Source: Pseudomonadota bacterium
Lineage (GTDB): Bacteria > Pseudomonadota > Gammaproteobacteria > Ga0077536
DNA length: 34,624 bases
Reading direction: 5' to 3'
Assembly (NCBI GenBank): GCA_031418675.1
Contig: JANOXY010000151.1
Span: forward strand, 1-34,624
The position numbers and the translations under genes are program-made. This document shows positions 34,204 to 34,624 of this stretch, piece by piece; position 1 is the stretch's first letter; the number at the start of each line of letters is the position of its first letter. Below the pieces are notes generated by a model. That model worked only from the letters and a program-made list of their open reading frames with translations. It did not search any database and had not been told where the DNA came from.

Positions 34204-34488
34204 ATGAGTGCAGTAATAAAGATTGACGAGGCCAAGCTGGACAGCGTCCCGGGTACGCCACCAGCCATCTACCACGTCACCAAGCTCGAGAAGTGCAAGC
34301 TGGATCAGGCGGGTCCGAGCGGCTACCGCTATGTCATTGAGGGTGGTTATGCGCCCATCACTGGCTTTCATATCGGCAGTAAAGAAGCGGTCCTGACCCA
34401 TGCTTCGGCCTTAGCCAAAGAAATGAATGCGCGCCGCGGCGTGAAGGGCACGCGCCACATCGTCATCGGCAAACCGAAACACGCCTGA
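34204..34488 (+). CDS. small hypothetical protein (94 aa)
   Basis: RBS GGAG ~7 nt before ATG 34204, typical codon usage, YRYVI...ITGF...G...V...A...MNAR pattern and a basic C-terminus. Confidence 0.75.
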   Translation: MSAVIKIDEAKLDSVPGTPPAIYHVTKLEKCKLDQAGPSGYRYVIEGGYAPITGFHIGSKEAVLTHASALAKEMNARRGVKGTRHIVIGKPKHA

Positions 34489-34624
34489 ACCAGGGCCGAG
34501 GCGCCGCGGCAGCCGCGCGGCCCCGCCCGGGGGTGGGGCATGGCCGCGTGAAAAACCCAGGGTGGGATAAGGTTGATAGATTTGTTTTCGGCCCGCTTGG
34601 GCGGGCCCGTAAATGTGGCCCTGG

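Noticed and set aside
34500-34556. GC-rich hairpins after the last gene as an intrinsic terminator
   Set aside because: Followed by an A-run rather than a U-tract on the + strand, and the orientation does not fit a minus-strand terminator.

Overview
A GC-rich (~60-65% by eye), gene-dense chromosomal window, most likely from a Gammaproteobacterium (Vfr-type CRP, FimV-like protein, GshA, stand-alone TrpE, PA2707-type MoxR/VWA pair, YajQ, DUF3301). I see no rRNA, tRNA, CRISPR array, integrase or transposase. About 28 CDSs are supportable: signalling and envelope genes (crp, a Sel1-repeat protein, a short FimV-like protein), a glutathione/redox group (Tat-exported 1-Cys MsrB, gshA, a PxpB/PxpC-like pair), trpE, moxR-vWA, yajQ, a HAD hydrolase, an M16C (PreP-like) peptidase, lipoproteins, an APH-family kinase and an N,N-dimethylformamidase-like small/large subunit pair. 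The stand-out feature is at 15217-22649: two divergently transcribed paralogous giant proteins (1064 and ~1213 aa). Each has a degenerate cNMP-binding domain, a canonical cNMP-binding domain, a rhodanese domain with its catalytic Cys, and a proline-free helical rod of ~675-825 aa. The rods carry different, independently expanded tandem repeats (18-aa and 45-aa units versus alternating 29/32-aa units) and end in a shared C-terminal motif. The region between them holds a near-consensus CRP/Vfr box (CGTGA-N6-TCACA, 18863-18878) and a small DUF465 gene. This suggests an undescribed cAMP-regulated, cAMP-sensing coiled-coil scaffold/sulfurtransferase system. All family assignments come from motif recognition by eye, not database searches.
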